Source: the human T2T-CHM13v2.0 reference genome, Homo sapiens. Taken from it: a DNA stretch of 64,000 nucleotides. This document shows, in pieces, positions 17,302-36,814 of this stretch. The DNA lies in assembly GCF_009914755.1 (NCBI RefSeq), contig NC_060936.1, one strand, 5' to 3'. Below the pieces are notes generated by a model. It saw only the letters and a program-made list of their open reading frames with translations. It made no database searches and was not told where the DNA came from. Numbering within the stretch: the first letter of the stretch is position 1; each line of letters starts with the position of its first letter. The position numbers and the translations under genes were made by a program.

Positions 17302-17391
17302 ATTTGTGTTAGATTCCTTCAGGGTGGTCTATCTGTTATTTTATCCATTTGTGTTAGATTCCTTCAGGGTGGTCTGTCTGTCATTTTATCC
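17302..17391 (+). repeat. 45-bp tandem duplication (2 copies, 2 mismatches)
   Basis: ATTTGTGTTAGATTCCTTCAGGGTGGTCT(A/G)TCTGT(T/C)ATTTTATCC occurs twice. Confidence 0.95.
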
Positions 17392-17782
17392 AACATTTTA
17401 TTGCTGAATGTCCTTTCAGAATCTCTTCTTCTTGCTCTGCATATGACCAGCTTGCCATACAGTAGCTCCTTAAGTATACTGCTACTTTATGTCCTTTTAA
17501 CTCACCCAGAGGCTGTGTTTTAACAAGTATCACTTCAATGCTGGTGAACAGAATGAATACTTATTGTCAGAAATCCAGTCTTTCCAACATCAAACATTTA
17601 TCAAAGATGACTGATTAAACTGTGGATTTTTAAAAAAAGTAATTAAAAAAAGTTACAGGTAACATTTGTGTACAGTTCAACTCTCAGAAGATTATATGCT
17701 GGATGCCTTGGTATTACTCTGTGGCTCACTGGTTAGGCCCAGGTCATGGCAATGATACCCTCTTGAAGGGTATACAATGTTT

Positions 17783-24132
<6,350 letters not shown>

Positions 24133-26084
24133 TACTTTTTACTGGTAACTGTCATATATGGCACCAGTATAGTATGTGGCACTCAAGTGCCTTCCAGGCA
24201 ACATAGTTTAGTATATTCTGTTACTTTTTTTTCTATATTTCTACATGCCTTTTCTTCTTGAACATTGATATTGGAGATTGGTTCTATAGGTGATACAAAA
24301 AACCTGACTTAAGGGGCTCTATCCCTATATTCTCTCTAGTGTATTAATTGCTTAATAAATACATCTTAGAAAGTAAACTTACTATAGTATCATGCTTAAT
24401 ATTAAGGAAATGTACATTGATTGATGGGTTAGTGATTTCAGTAGATATTTTGTTGTTTTTTTTTCTTGCAAGTTTTTATTCACTCTTTTGGCAAAAGTAG
24501 GGCAATAATGCACTGTTGTGCTCTGTAGCCTATAAATATACAGAGGAAAAGACCCACTCTGTTTTATAGCTGTTGATTTAAGTTATTAAAGATGGAGGCA
24601 TCTCCGTAATCTTAACCAGAACTGAGCACATCCTTCAAAATGTGGTGGCAATGCCTTTAGTGATTTCAGGGATGCCCTGTGTCAAGCTGGTCATAAACAC
24701 AGCAGAGAGAACATGTCACCAATAATTGAGAAGGCTTTTGTTGGTACTTTCCACAGGGCTTCCAGTGCTGAGATGGAAAACAAGAGAAAGATGTGAAGCT
24801 CTTTAATGGTTTATTCTATGTCTGTGTTTCCTTTGTTTCATTAAAAACAAATCAAACAAAATGTTTTCTAATGCCACAAGGAAAAAGGGCTTCAGTTAAC
24901 AAAATTAAAGTAACGTTTCTCCAAATACTTTATTTGCTGAAAAAGAATAAGTTTAGCCTTTTCTGGGAACATTAATTTTGTATGATACTTTCTTAGAATT
25001 CTACACACTTGGTATAGTGCCACATATTCTGATTGTAGCCCTTCTTAGCTGCTTAACAAAATGAGATTCAGATCATCTTACTGGTAGTTATTCACACAAT
25101 TCTTCCTGTTTTCCAAATACTCCTTTAATCATAGCAGTATTTTAATCATCATGGTCCTAAATCTTTAGAAGGCATTGTTTGCTTTTGCTATCCAGAGAAA
25201 GCAGTATATTACTGCCACATTCAAATTATTAATGAGAAATTTGATAATAGATTAGTGAATGTTGAAAAAAAGCAAAATTAAATTTTGAAACTTTAAAAAA
25301 AAGTATTGGAGCATTTTTCAGAGAAGCATATTAAAAAGTCAGTAAATGTAGGGTACATACCAAAACTTAAAGAAATAATATTTAGTAAGAAAAATCACTA
25401 AGGCAAAGTAGGGATGAAAATTTTCAACTTATGAATAGCCAAGTCTAATTAAATTTACTCTTTCCCACTATAATATTGCATTTTGGATCAAAGTCAAATT
25501 TTAGTATATTTTATTTTATAAACATAGGAAAAAATAACTTTCTACTTATATTTTGGTATCTGTTTATTACCTATATTTATAATCTTCTAGGTCTCCAAAA
25601 TTTGGAGAGTTGCTTGAGAAAATTACTGATAGAGAAAGTTATCTAAGAATTTAAGAGAAAATGTTTCCGTTCTATCCAAATTAATTAGTGTCCTCAACTG
25701 GTACTTTCTTGACATTCTTGGGTCTACCAATTATGAGAGCAAAATCTTTGTGTAATAGCCATATTAAAGTTGGTGAAAAGATAAAGTGCCTTATTTTCAT
25801 GGGTTTGTGAAGCCTTTATGTTACTATTTTTGTTTAAGTATAGTCAAGAGTGGAAATAATAATTATGTTCAAAACTACCTTTGAATAAAAGACATTATTT
25901 TATTCATCCAGTGAGAAATATTTTTAAAATATTATTACTGTGTAGTATTCTGTTTCAGGTAAAATCTAATTAGCAAAATAATCTTTTAAAAAACTGACTG
26001 TAGTAAATAAAGCAAAACCTGTCTTTATTTTCAATACTGTTAAGCTTTTAATTAACAGAAAACCACCATGGGTTGCTTCTTTAG

Positions 26085-26252
26085 AATACCACTAAATGTT
26101 AGAGACATCGTATACTGTACAGGAGTGTCACTACTGGATGAGGATGTCTGGGAATTCATATGGATGAAATTCCATTCCACCACAGCAGTTTCTGAGAAGA
26201 AAATATTATTGGAAGCCTTAACTTGCAGTGATGACAGGAATTTATTAAACAG
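26085..26252 (+). CDS. TRHDE: TRHDE internal coding exon (fourth from last), C-terminal ERAP1-like domain; 168 nt, phase 2-2
   Basis: Acceptor gcttctttag|A at 26083-84 and donor AG|gtaggc at 26253. Translates (R)IPLNVRDIVYCTGVSLLDEDVWEFIWMKFHSTTAVSEKKILLEALTCSDDRNLLN(R), recognised as the TRHDE C-terminal region. Splices in frame to the next three exons. Confidence 0.96.
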
Positions 26253-26778
26253 GTAGGCCGACTGATTTTCTAAATGTGTTTCTCTAATGAAAGTATTCTG
26301 TTAATCAAATTGCTCTGAAGTTGCTTTTATTTACTTGAATATATGCTAGTTATTTTAAAATATATCTTCCTAAACATGAGGAAAACTGCCATGTTAATGA
26401 CTAAAGCTACTTGATTTCAGAGGTTATATCTTTTTATGAGTATTTATTTTATATAATTTATATATGTTTAAGAAGATATTTTATTATAAAAGTGTTTAAT
26501 ATAAAGAATTTAAAAGGAGAATTTGAATCATCAAACCAGAATTGTGATATATCCTTTCACAAGATTTTTTTAGAATTTAATGTTTTTAATTAAAATACTA
26601 TGAGTTTGATCCTCTTTTATAAACAGAAATGTGTTCTATTTATAAGTTTGCATTATTAAAGATTGCACTAGACTATTCTTTTGAAGAATATGACAAACTA
26701 GGTCCTATAATTTTAGTAAGATTATAAAAATGTTTAAGTTATTGGACTAAAAATTTTTACAAAATTCTATCTTTGAAG

Positions 26779-26919
26779 GCTTCTAAATCTGTCACTGAAT
26801 TCTGAGGTGGTGCTGGATCAAGATGCAATTGATGTCATAATCCATGTAGCTCGAAATCCACATGGTCGAGACCTTGCCTGGAAGTTTTTCAGGGATAAAT
26901 GGAAGATATTAAATACCAG
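26779..26919 (+). CDS. TRHDE: TRHDE internal coding exon; 141 nt, phase 2-2
   Basis: Acceptor ctttgaag|G and donor CAG|gtagaa. Translates LLNLSLNSEVVLDQDAIDVIIHVARNPHGRDLAWKFFRDKWKILNT(R), with the M1-family 'NPxGxxLAWxF..W' pattern. Confidence 0.96.
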
Positions 26920-28099
26920 GTAGAAATTAGAATTCTTACTTGAATGAGTAAATTAAAGCCGACATAGGAGGAATAAAGGCCCAAGTTTTGTGTTAAAGCT
27001 AAGATCCATGCAATAGGTTTAGATATTAAAATATTCAACCAAGATAAATGTTGCCACTCCCGTGGAACTCCAAATTATTTTTAAAATTCTATAATTCATT
27101 TATTAAAATTGATAAACTTAATTAATTATATGTGCAAACATTTGGAGTATAAAAGGCTTAGCTGAGCAACTTTCCTGGAAAATCTATCAGACTGTCCAAA
27201 GTTGAAGACACTGTATCATAAAACCCCTGTATCTTGAATATGTTATAGAAATGATTTATAAATACAGTGGTATTATAAAAATAAAACGTTAATTACTTCC
27301 GTATAATTGTTTTAAATTTTCTTTAAATATAAATATCTTAAAATACCTGAATAAAACCATGATATAGAGAAGGAATATTAATCATTTGAGTCATTGTATA
27401 ATTCCAGTTGCAGTAAAATTTACTCCCAGGACATCTTGTTTCATGGTGAGAATTCTTTAGCCTCAATTTTATAAGATATTTCATTATGCATTTAAATATA
27501 TTATAATACACACTAATTTATTACTCTGATAATCTCTATGGCCTATTAAAATTCAATTTATTATAAAGCATGTAAATGCTGCTTGTTTTTCTTTAACTTA
27601 AATGTTCCCAGACAGTAAGCAGACTTACTGTTCTGTCTCTGAAAAGCTAGTGTATAAACTTTATTATTTTTAAGCATACCTTCATCAGTTGCCCTGGTAT
27701 AATCAGTTCAATTAGAATGGCTGTGTCATATTAAAACACTCTATCCATAGGTATTTCATTGTCAGAAAACACTGATATTTCTATAAGACACATTGACTTT
27801 TTTAATATTTTCAGCTCAGATCTTATAATAGTTGGACGATTAAAGCTTGCTTTGCTTTTGTGCATATAATAGAGTGAATAGACACTTAAGGTAAAATTAA
27901 TGTATACAAACATTTAACTTAAAAGAATATCAAACATCTACCAATACACAGTTTCTTTAGGGAGTGGTTTTGTAAATCAGCGTTCAGGGCAATGCAATTA
28001 TAGGCATATATAGTTTATTGCCTACCAAAAAATGTTTGGTTCCTGATATGCTTATTTTGTCTCACTGAATCCATGATCTCCATCCTATCTAAAAATACG

Positions 28100-29460
28100 A
28101 TGGTGTTTACACTGACAAATAGGAGCATAATCTTCACTGGCTCCTGCTCCTCTGTCGATTTTTTGAATGCTGGCATTCACGGAGCTCTGTTGAAGGCACT
28201 CTTCTTCCCACTCTGCAAGTTCTTCCTAATTTTAGATGCCTTCTACTCTCATGGTTTCAATTACTCCCAAATCTGTATCTCTAATTCAGACATTTTCCCT
28301 GCCTTTCTCCCTGTGATGGATAATTGGCCATAGAGGTTTCCTTTATGAGTGTGCCTGCAAAGCTAAATGGGTGATTTTTCTTTTATCCTCCTTTTCTCAG
28401 TAAATCTTGTAGCCATCCACCAATTGCTCAAGCCCAACATCTGGAAGTCTACATAGGCGTCCCCTTTTCTCTTGCCATATATAACAATTAGACTCTAGGT
28501 TATATCAATTTAACATTTTCTAAAGTTTGTTGAATTATTCCTCTCTTTTTTTGTGACCACTTCCCCAGTGCAGGTTCTCATCTCTTCCCAGTACTCTTAC
28601 AATAATAGCCTTCTGTCTCACTGCCTCTATAATTATATAAACACACTTTAGCCTCTTCCCTTCATCCCAAGAACCTTTCAGAAAAGCAAATGTGATATTT
28701 CCCTGCTATAAAACTTTCTATGTGAGATTTATAATTTAAGCCCCTTAATATGTCCTCTGCATATTTTGTCAGCGTCTTGTTCTTCAATCTTCAGGCTCAC
28801 AATGTATCAGTGTATGGACTAATTTTTGTTGTTGTTGTTGTTGTTTGTTTTTTGAGACAAGGTCTCACTCTGTCACCCAGGCTGGAGCGCAGTGGCACAA
28901 TCACAGCTCTTTGCAGCCTTGACCTCCTGAGCTCAGGTGATCCTTCCACTTCAGTCTCCTGAGTAGCTGGGACTACAGACATACACCACCACACCCGGCT
29001 AATTTTTCTATTTTTTGTAGAGAGAAGTTTTCCCCATGTTGACCAGGCTGGTCTTGAACTCCTGAGCTCAAGCAATCCACCTGCCTTAGCTTCCCAAAAG
29101 TGCTGGGATCACAGGCGTGAGCCACCGCCTTGGCCTGTATGCACTGTTAATATCAAACTGCTTGTAGTTGTCTGCACAAACCATGTCTTTTCACGTCTCT
29201 TTTTCTTTGTTTATGTTCATCTTCTGCCTAAAATTACTTTCTTTCCTGTTGCTCAGAACTACTCCATGGTCAATCTAGATGCCATTTTCTCTCAGAAGCC
29301 ATTCCCAAGACCCTACAGATAAAGAAATCCTCTCTGAGCACTGTGTATAATTTTATCACCACATTTAGCCACAATACGTGGAAATTATCTGATTACATGT
29401 CTAGCTCTTCAAGTGGATAGTATAATACCTTCAAGGAACAGACTGTACCTTATTATTTTC
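28100..29460 (+). mobile_element. L2 (interrupted by AluJ)
   Basis: Pyrimidine-rich L2 motifs: CTCCCAAATCTGTATCTC, CCATCCACCAATTGCTCAAGCC. Confidence 0.55.
28822..29135 (-). mobile_element. AluJ with (TTG)n tail, inserted in L2
   Basis: Full dimer. Flanks TGTATGGACT / TGTATGCACT look like a TSD. Confidence 0.9.
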
Positions 29461-30073
29461 TTATTATATCTTCACAGGACAATATAAGTAAAAACAACTA
29501 ACACTTCTTTAGAAAAAAATTGTTATTTGCCTGCATAATTGGACAATTTTGTACCCACATACTGATTGAAAATGATCACTTACATTATTATTGAATGCCT
29601 ATTTGTTTGCTTTTACTTAGCTAGCTTTTTTTCTGTGGAATAGTTCAATGTCAGAATTACAACAAATCTCAGTGGTCATTTAGTTCAACCTTCTCATTTT
29701 ATAGATGAGAAAACTAAGTTCTACAGAAGCTAAATTAAATCTTAAATTAGATGCTTAAGAGCCTACAAGTTAGGGAAGCACTGGAAAACCTATTATAACA
29801 GTGTGTAGATCCTTGTCTTTAAAAACCCAGAGTCTTATTTTTATTGTACTCACCTTAGTTCTAAAAGTATGATAATCTGTGATAGGTATCCTTAGCATAG
29901 AAGGGACAAATCAGTAAAATGAGTATTCTTTTCAACTCACTGACACAAGTTGTTCCTTGTCTTGGGTCAAAAGTCAAGTAATTGTGTCTGTAGTACAAGG
30001 ATTAGGCAATCCAAATGAACAAGTAGATGTTTTACTTTAATGTACACATGAAAAAAGCTAATATTTTGGAGAA

Positions 30074-30222
30074 CATTTTTGAGAATGCATTTTGCCTCGG
30101 TTTCTAAGAATGAAATATAAAAATGCATTTTTGAGAATGTATTTTGCATCAGTTTCTAAGAATGAAATAAGAAAATGCATTTTTGAGAATGCATTTTGCC
30201 TCAATTTCTAAGAATAAAATAA
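30074..30222 (+). repeat. 52-bp minisatellite, about 3 copies
   Basis: CATTTTTGAGAATG recurs at 30074, 30126 and 30178. Confidence 0.92.
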
Positions 30223-30689
30223 TATGAAAATGCCAGTGTCAATTATGACTAATCATATCAAAGGATCTGACAGTGCCCAGGTTGATCCTGCAGCTCCTCT
30301 TGCCTTTTATGGAATCATTTTCCCTTCCAGTAAGCTAGGTTGCTTTGTAATTGAAAGTTTTAAAATATTTTGTTCTCAGGCCTTGGCTTGGAAATATACT
30401 GTTAATCCCTAAATCCAGTTTTAGAGGGCCCCTTTAAAAAATTTGCTACAACTCAGACTTCTCTGAAACACTGTGAACCATATTAGGTGGGACCTGATGA
30501 TATCCCAAAGCCATAACTCTTTGTCCCTCCCTGACTCCCTAGAGAAATGGGCTTGAGTGCTCAGAGATCTGGCAGTCTCTGACAACACTGAGCAAATCGA
30601 ACCCTTGAGAAAACTCTAAAAAATCTTTATAGTAATATTTTTTAAAATTATGACCTGCATTGACATTAAGACTCTTTTTTTCTTTTGAG

Positions 30690-30771
30690 GTATGGAGAAG
30701 CATTGTTTATGAATTCCAAACTCATCAGTGGTGTCACAGAATTTCTTAATACTGAAGGTGAACTCAAAGAG
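30690..30771 (+). CDS. TRHDE: TRHDE penultimate coding exon; 82 nt, phase 2-0
   Basis: Polypyrimidine tract then ttttgag|G, donor GAG|gtaaat. Translates YGEALFMNSKLISGVTEFLNTEGELKE in frame with the flanking exons. Confidence 0.95.
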
Positions 30772-33602
30772 GTAAATATTTTAAGATGAAGTCTAATTAT
30801 TTTCTTTTATAAACATTTGAAATTATGCATTTACTTCAGTCATTTCTTTCCAACAGATTCACATCCATTCCTTTTACTTACACACGCACACCACACACAC
30901 ACACACACGTTAAAGACTACTCAATTCATAATTTGCAAAGAGTATTTTTACATGTCAAACATTGAAGGCCTGCAAGGAATGTTTGAATGTAGTAATTTTC
31001 AAACCTGGAGACCCACAATCCACTTCAGAGATCATTGATCCAATCAGCTATTCCTCAAATGATTCTATTAACCCACTGTAGGATTCACTAAATAACAAAA
31101 CCATCCTGTCAGTGACTCAGTATTTGTATAATGGACAAAGGTTGGTGTTGAGATATAGACCATGTGTCTCACTGCTTTGTGGTCAGCCTTAAACAGACAA
31201 CGGACATACTGTACATAATAATATTGCTTTGTGCTATGTAGCCTCTTAAATGAAACAAATTCTTAAGCGTAGAAAGGAGCATATCTGGTAATACATATTG
31301 AGATTAATAAATTGCTTTAAAACTGCTTGGTACAATCACAAGTGAATTTTATTAGTGAAAATAAACTTGATTTTTAAGGACTGGTGTCCAGGTTATGGAG
31401 TATCTAACATTTCCTTACTATGTTGTTTCTGGTTTATTACTCTGGAAATTTAAGCCAGCTAGTTTTGTTTGTTTGTTTTGCCATTAAGTCACCTCACTAA
31501 TATAGAGAGATGAGAAATGGGGAGAGGGTTAAGGATGAAGGAAAAATAAGCAAAATATAGACTCTTTTAATTGATTACAATGGATCGCACTTCAAACATT
31601 GATGGCCTTTTCTTGTGCTCCTGTTCTCCATTGTAAAATATAGCTGATATTTGACATTGAGAATGATGGTTTTCTCAGTTTTCACTGACAGAATGCCTAA
31701 TGCTGTGCCCCACAGCTAACCACACTGAGCACCATTCCCTAGAAGCATCAACCCTGGCACCATCCTTAATATCTTCTAATATTGTCCAGTTTCCTATGAT
31801 TATCCCGTGTGCACTAACTTGGTTTCTTTCACACCATGAGCTAAGCTAAGCTAAGTCTCTGATTGTAATGATTTGAAATTCAGTCTTTATCCCTGCTATG
31901 TGTGTTCCCAACCCTGAAGGATTAAATTTGAAAGCCCCAGAACATATTTTACTATTTTTTAAATAAAGGAAGCTAAATGGAAAGGACTGTTTTCATATCC
32001 ATAAAAAACAGAAAGAAAGAACAAGTAAATTAATGATTGCTTCCAATTTTCTCTGTATTTAAATGAAGTACTTTTAATTTCATGATTTCACATTCAATAA
32101 TCTGGGAATTAAAGACTCATTTAGTCACAACCTGTGCAGCCATTGAAGTGAGCACAGAGCAAAATCTCTCCCTCTTCTCTTCTCTCCTGTTTGCTTCCTT
32201 CGTTCTCTGTGCTTCTCTCCTTCTCTTTTATCTCCTCTCCTCCCTACCTCTCTCTTATCCCTTCTTTAATTTTTCTTCTTCTTGCTTTCCTCTAACTCCG
32301 TTTGCCTTTCATATTTTCCTGGACTTGGTATTACCCAGGCTATGAAAAGAAAATATTTTAGACATTTAATTGATTTTATCACATACTGACTGTTTTGTCT
32401 TACATATTTCACTGATTTATTAAATTTTTACACTTTATTTAATTGCCATTTTAGATGTTTCAAAGTGCTCCTATAATGAAGGGTATAATTTCAAAATTGA
32501 AACTAAATTATGGCTTTTATTTCATTATCTACAAAGCAGCTAACATCACAGTGCAGTCTCTAAGTGGCATGAGGAATGAATCTCTTCACTCTGGAGTTAT
32601 TTACTCTGGCTTAGCAGTTTAACAGATGCTGCCTGAGGCTTTTGAATACTTACATCATCTCTAAGATTGAGGAACATTATTGTCAGATGGGGTGGGGGTT
32701 TTGGTTTTTATGGTGATAACCACCCTTTCTTAAATAGAAAAGTCTGAGGAGAATTCACTTGCATTCTACCATAACCCATAAGCCTCATAAGCAGAAAGCC
32801 CAATGGGCTCCCTTTGGATATGACATATTCTTATTTCCAAGGGTTTATAGATCAAAAGGGAATCAGCATCTTTATGAATTCTGAAAACTCATTCCAGATT
32901 TTAATGATCCTCATCAGCTTTAGGTGGATTCAGTAAAGACGCTTACATTGTTCCATGGTTTTCTCCCAAAAACAGTATTCTAGTACCTGAAACTGGAGTT
33001 TCCTTTTAATTTTAATTGCATGGCTCTAGCAATTTGAACAATATTTCTTCATAAGGCAATCTGTTATTTATTTAATTTTAAACTAATGGAGATGATCTTC
33101 TTGAACCTCAGAGGCCCTTGCCATTTTTCCACATTAATGACTATTAACCAGTCCTTTCACATGCCCATTTTTCTGCTTTTTAAACCTAACATACCTCACT
33201 GTTGTGGAGGAACATAGATCCTATGCATCAAAGGCATTACATTTACAGTTTTAATATTGAAGATATAAACTTTGTAATAGGGCAATAGTTAATTCTATTC
33301 ATTTACATAGTTATTAAGAGTATATTATGTTTTACAATCTACTCTAAAAATAATTTATCTTATGATGTTGATATCTAGGATACCCTGAAATAAGAGGAAA
33401 TTTTAATGCTGAAATCTTTTTAATAGAAAAATTAACAAACATGCTTCAAAGTTTTATGCTAAGAAGATAGGGAGCACAAACAACATTGCCATTTTATTAA
33501 ATGTTATTTTATAAAAGTGCCTAAAGTTGCAACATTTTAAAATAAAATCATATCATGGTATAGTTAGAAAACACAATTTAAAACAAAAACAAAAACTAAT
33601 GG

Positions 33603-34569
33603 TGTAGGGTCCAGCCCTACAGGACTTAGCAGGTATTCTCCCCGCTTGCGGAGACAAGAGATTGTAAGAAATAAAGACACAAGACAAAGAGATAAAGAGA
33701 AAACAGCTGGGCCCCGGGGACCACTACCACCAAGATGAGGAGACCGGTGGTGGCCCCAAATGGCTGGGCGTGCTGATGTTTATTGTATACAAGACAAGGG
33801 GGCAGGGTAAGGAGGATAAGTCATCCAAGTGATTGATAAGGTCAAGCAAGTCACATGATCATGGGACAGGGGGCCCTTCCCTTTTAGGTAGCCAAAGCAG
33901 AGAGGGAAGGCAGCATATGTCAGCGTTTTCTTCTACGCACTTATAAGAAAGATCAAAGACTTCAAGACTTTCACTATTTCTTCTACTGCTATCTACTACG
34001 AACTTCAAAGAGGAACCAGAAGTACGGGAGGAACGTGAAAGTGGACAAGGAACATGAGCATTGAAGCACAGCACCACAGGGAGGGGTTTAGGCCTCTGGA
34101 TGTCTGTGGGTAGGCCTGGATAATATCCAGCCTCCCACAAGAAGCTGGTGGAGCAGAGTGTTCCCTGACTCCTCCAAGGAAAGGAGACTCCCTTTTGCAG
34201 TCTGATAAGGAACGGGTGCCTTCCCTGGCACTGGCATTACCGCTTGACCAAGGAGCCCTCAAACGGCCCTTATGCGGGCATGACAGAGGGCTCACCTCTT
34301 GCCTTCTAGGTCACTTCTCACAATGTCCCTTCAGCACCTGACCCTATACTCGCCGGTTATTCCTAGTTTATGTTAGTAATGCAACAAAGAGTAATATTAA
34401 AAGCTAATGATTAATAATGTTTATACTAATGATTGATAATTGTCCATGATCATCTCTGTATCTAATTTGTATTATAACTATTCTTTATTCTAACTATTTT
34501 CTTTATTACACTGCTACAGTTTGTGCCTTCAGTCTCTTGCCTCGGCACCCGGGTAGTTCTTCGCCCACA
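33603..34569 (-). mobile_element. Solo LTR, LTR13A-type (HERV-K13/HML-4 group), 967 bp
   Basis: TG...CA termini. The - strand starts TGTGGGCGAAGAACTACCCGGGTGCCGAGGCAAGAGACTGAAGG. TSD AATGG at 33598-33602 and 34570-34574. Confidence 0.88.
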
Positions 34570-36814
34570 AATGGCAGCATAAATCCTACCAAAGAGTGGA
34601 AGAAATAAGCAAACTAGAATGCTAACTGCCTTTCTTTTACCCCAAGCCCTCTAAGGTGAGGCAGGGGTTTGTAAGGCACTGTGAGCATGCGCTAGGGCCA
34701 GTCAGAGGCAATTCCAACCACATGTTGGATATCAGAGCTATGGAGAATTATGGGGCATAAGATCAATTAATGGCAACTGTAGAAAGTAGGCCAGATGTGT
34801 TCTGATGAGTAAGTTCCTCTTAAGATACATATGAGGCACCTCAGACTCTCTGAGCCCACAAGGGGAGTATTTACTGCACTTAAATCATGATTTAAGAAGT
34901 GAATCTCTAGAGACCCACCAGTTCACATTTTCTGTTGAGAGTTCTTTTGCAGGATAATCCAACCTACTATCTCTCTGTCAATAAACGTTCATATTCAAAC
35001 CCATAGTTTGCCTTTGAGGAGGACTTAAGAGTTTTACTTTATGTGTTTAGGCTGGCTTACCATCTCATAAGGAAGCCAAGAGCATGCTCCACAGAGTTAA
35101 AGTTGCTAAAGGGTCATTTATGACTCTCTGGTGTATTCAGTGACTGCCTAGGAAAAAAAGTAATAATTCAGAATATACTTTAAAAGGAGCATATGTAATT
35201 TTTTTCCGATTGACCTATAACATGTAAATAATGCCATTATAATATCATATTTTTATAATAAATTAAAACAAAATTCAAAACATAGATCAAAATGTATTAC
35301 TTTTTGCCTTAAGGATATAGACTGGATGAGTCTGAACATAAATATATAAGTACAAATGTATTCTTGTGTTAATCAGATAAAGTTTAAAATTATGATTCAA
35401 GTACTTCCATTAGACTCCCCCTTTATATATGTGTGTATATATATTTCTATCCCCATGGCACAATGTCTGCAACATTAATATTTATTAACTCCAATCCCTT
35501 TGCTTCTTCCTTTTTTCTTAATATATGTAATTTGGTCAAATGCCATATCAGTTTTAAGGACAACACCCATAAGTCTTTGTTATACATTGGCTATTTTACA
35601 TGTTTGTTATGAAAGCACAGTGATTTAGAAATCTTCTAAAGGATGTACCTCTGAGATACAGTTATCCATTGCTAATGCTGCTGGGCAAAGGGCTTTGTAG
35701 GAAAGCAGAGTAAAAACTCTGAGAAAACCCATCAGTATCATGTAATCAAAGTAACACTTATAAATAAACTAAGCTATCCATGAACTAATTTCTAAATCAA
35801 TTCAGAAAGTTATAACCGCATTTTAACTCCATCCTTGACTACCATTTCTGCCTGCCCCTGAGCCAATCTTGATACACTGCATTTCCCTCCTGGCATATCT
35901 TCCATGTGGTGCCCACCATATGATGAATTACACCCCACACTAATTACACCACATAATGATTCTGTGTTGCAAGTTGATTTTTCACATTTGTCTATTAGCA
36001 TCACAATTGTTAGTTCATTGCCAGCTTCTTAAGATATATCAAACAGAAAGGAAAAACTTCTGGTATTTAATCTTGAAGTAAAATCTTGGAGTATTTCCAG
36101 AGTATGTGAACTCTCCAAATAAAATTTTATGTCAAAAAATATGGCAAAACATTTAAGAATTATAACTTAAATGCTCAGATTCTCCAGCTAAATAAGACCA
36201 TATCCCTCCTTTATTCTTTCAAAATCTAGTTACGCAGGTGATTGCCATGTCATTAATCATACAATTTTTATAGCACCATTACTTTTTTTCCACTAGACAA
36301 TACTTTGGTTATTCAATGACATCAAAGATAATGTCAAGCCCAATACCACTCATTTGGAGAAGATGAAAAATAATTTTCTCTCTGCAGACAAAATGTGAAC
36401 TTTAATCCTTATATTCAGTGTTTAAGGCTACTTGGTGCATTGTATACACATTGAAGTTAGAACTAGTCCTTGCCACAATCCCATCAACTGATTTTGAAAT
36501 GATCAATTAAATGTCTGTTTTAATATCTAATCATGAAACATGAAGCTGAATTTGGAGCTATTTAAGTTGTAATGTCCACTGTTTTTTTTCTGTTCCAAAA
36601 TCAATTACATCACAACTAATTGACATAATCTGTCATATTTCATTCAGTTGCCAAGCTCACTCCACAGTACTAAATATATCTTCTATAGTGGTCATGGCAT
36701 TTTGTTTCAAATATATTGTTTTTTAATGTTTCAAATAGATTCTTGTTCATGTTTGTTGGACATGAGTTCTTTTTAAGACAGGCAGATTTACCATTTAAAA
36801 ATTTCTCTTTCCAG

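Noticed and set aside
28750-29075. Alu-derived ORFs (also 39936..40242)
   Set aside because: Typical Alu translation artefacts.
30074-30222. CRISPR-like periodic repeat
   Set aside because: Units are fully tandem with no unique spacers, and the context is eukaryotic with no cas genes.
33859-34295. 93-aa and 96-aa - strand ORFs
   Set aside because: Lie within the solo LTR and show no retroviral protein motifs.
36716-36814. N-terminal extension of ORF 36716..36958
   Set aside because: Begins at TTG in the intron. The strong acceptor at 36814 and phase continuity define the real exon start.
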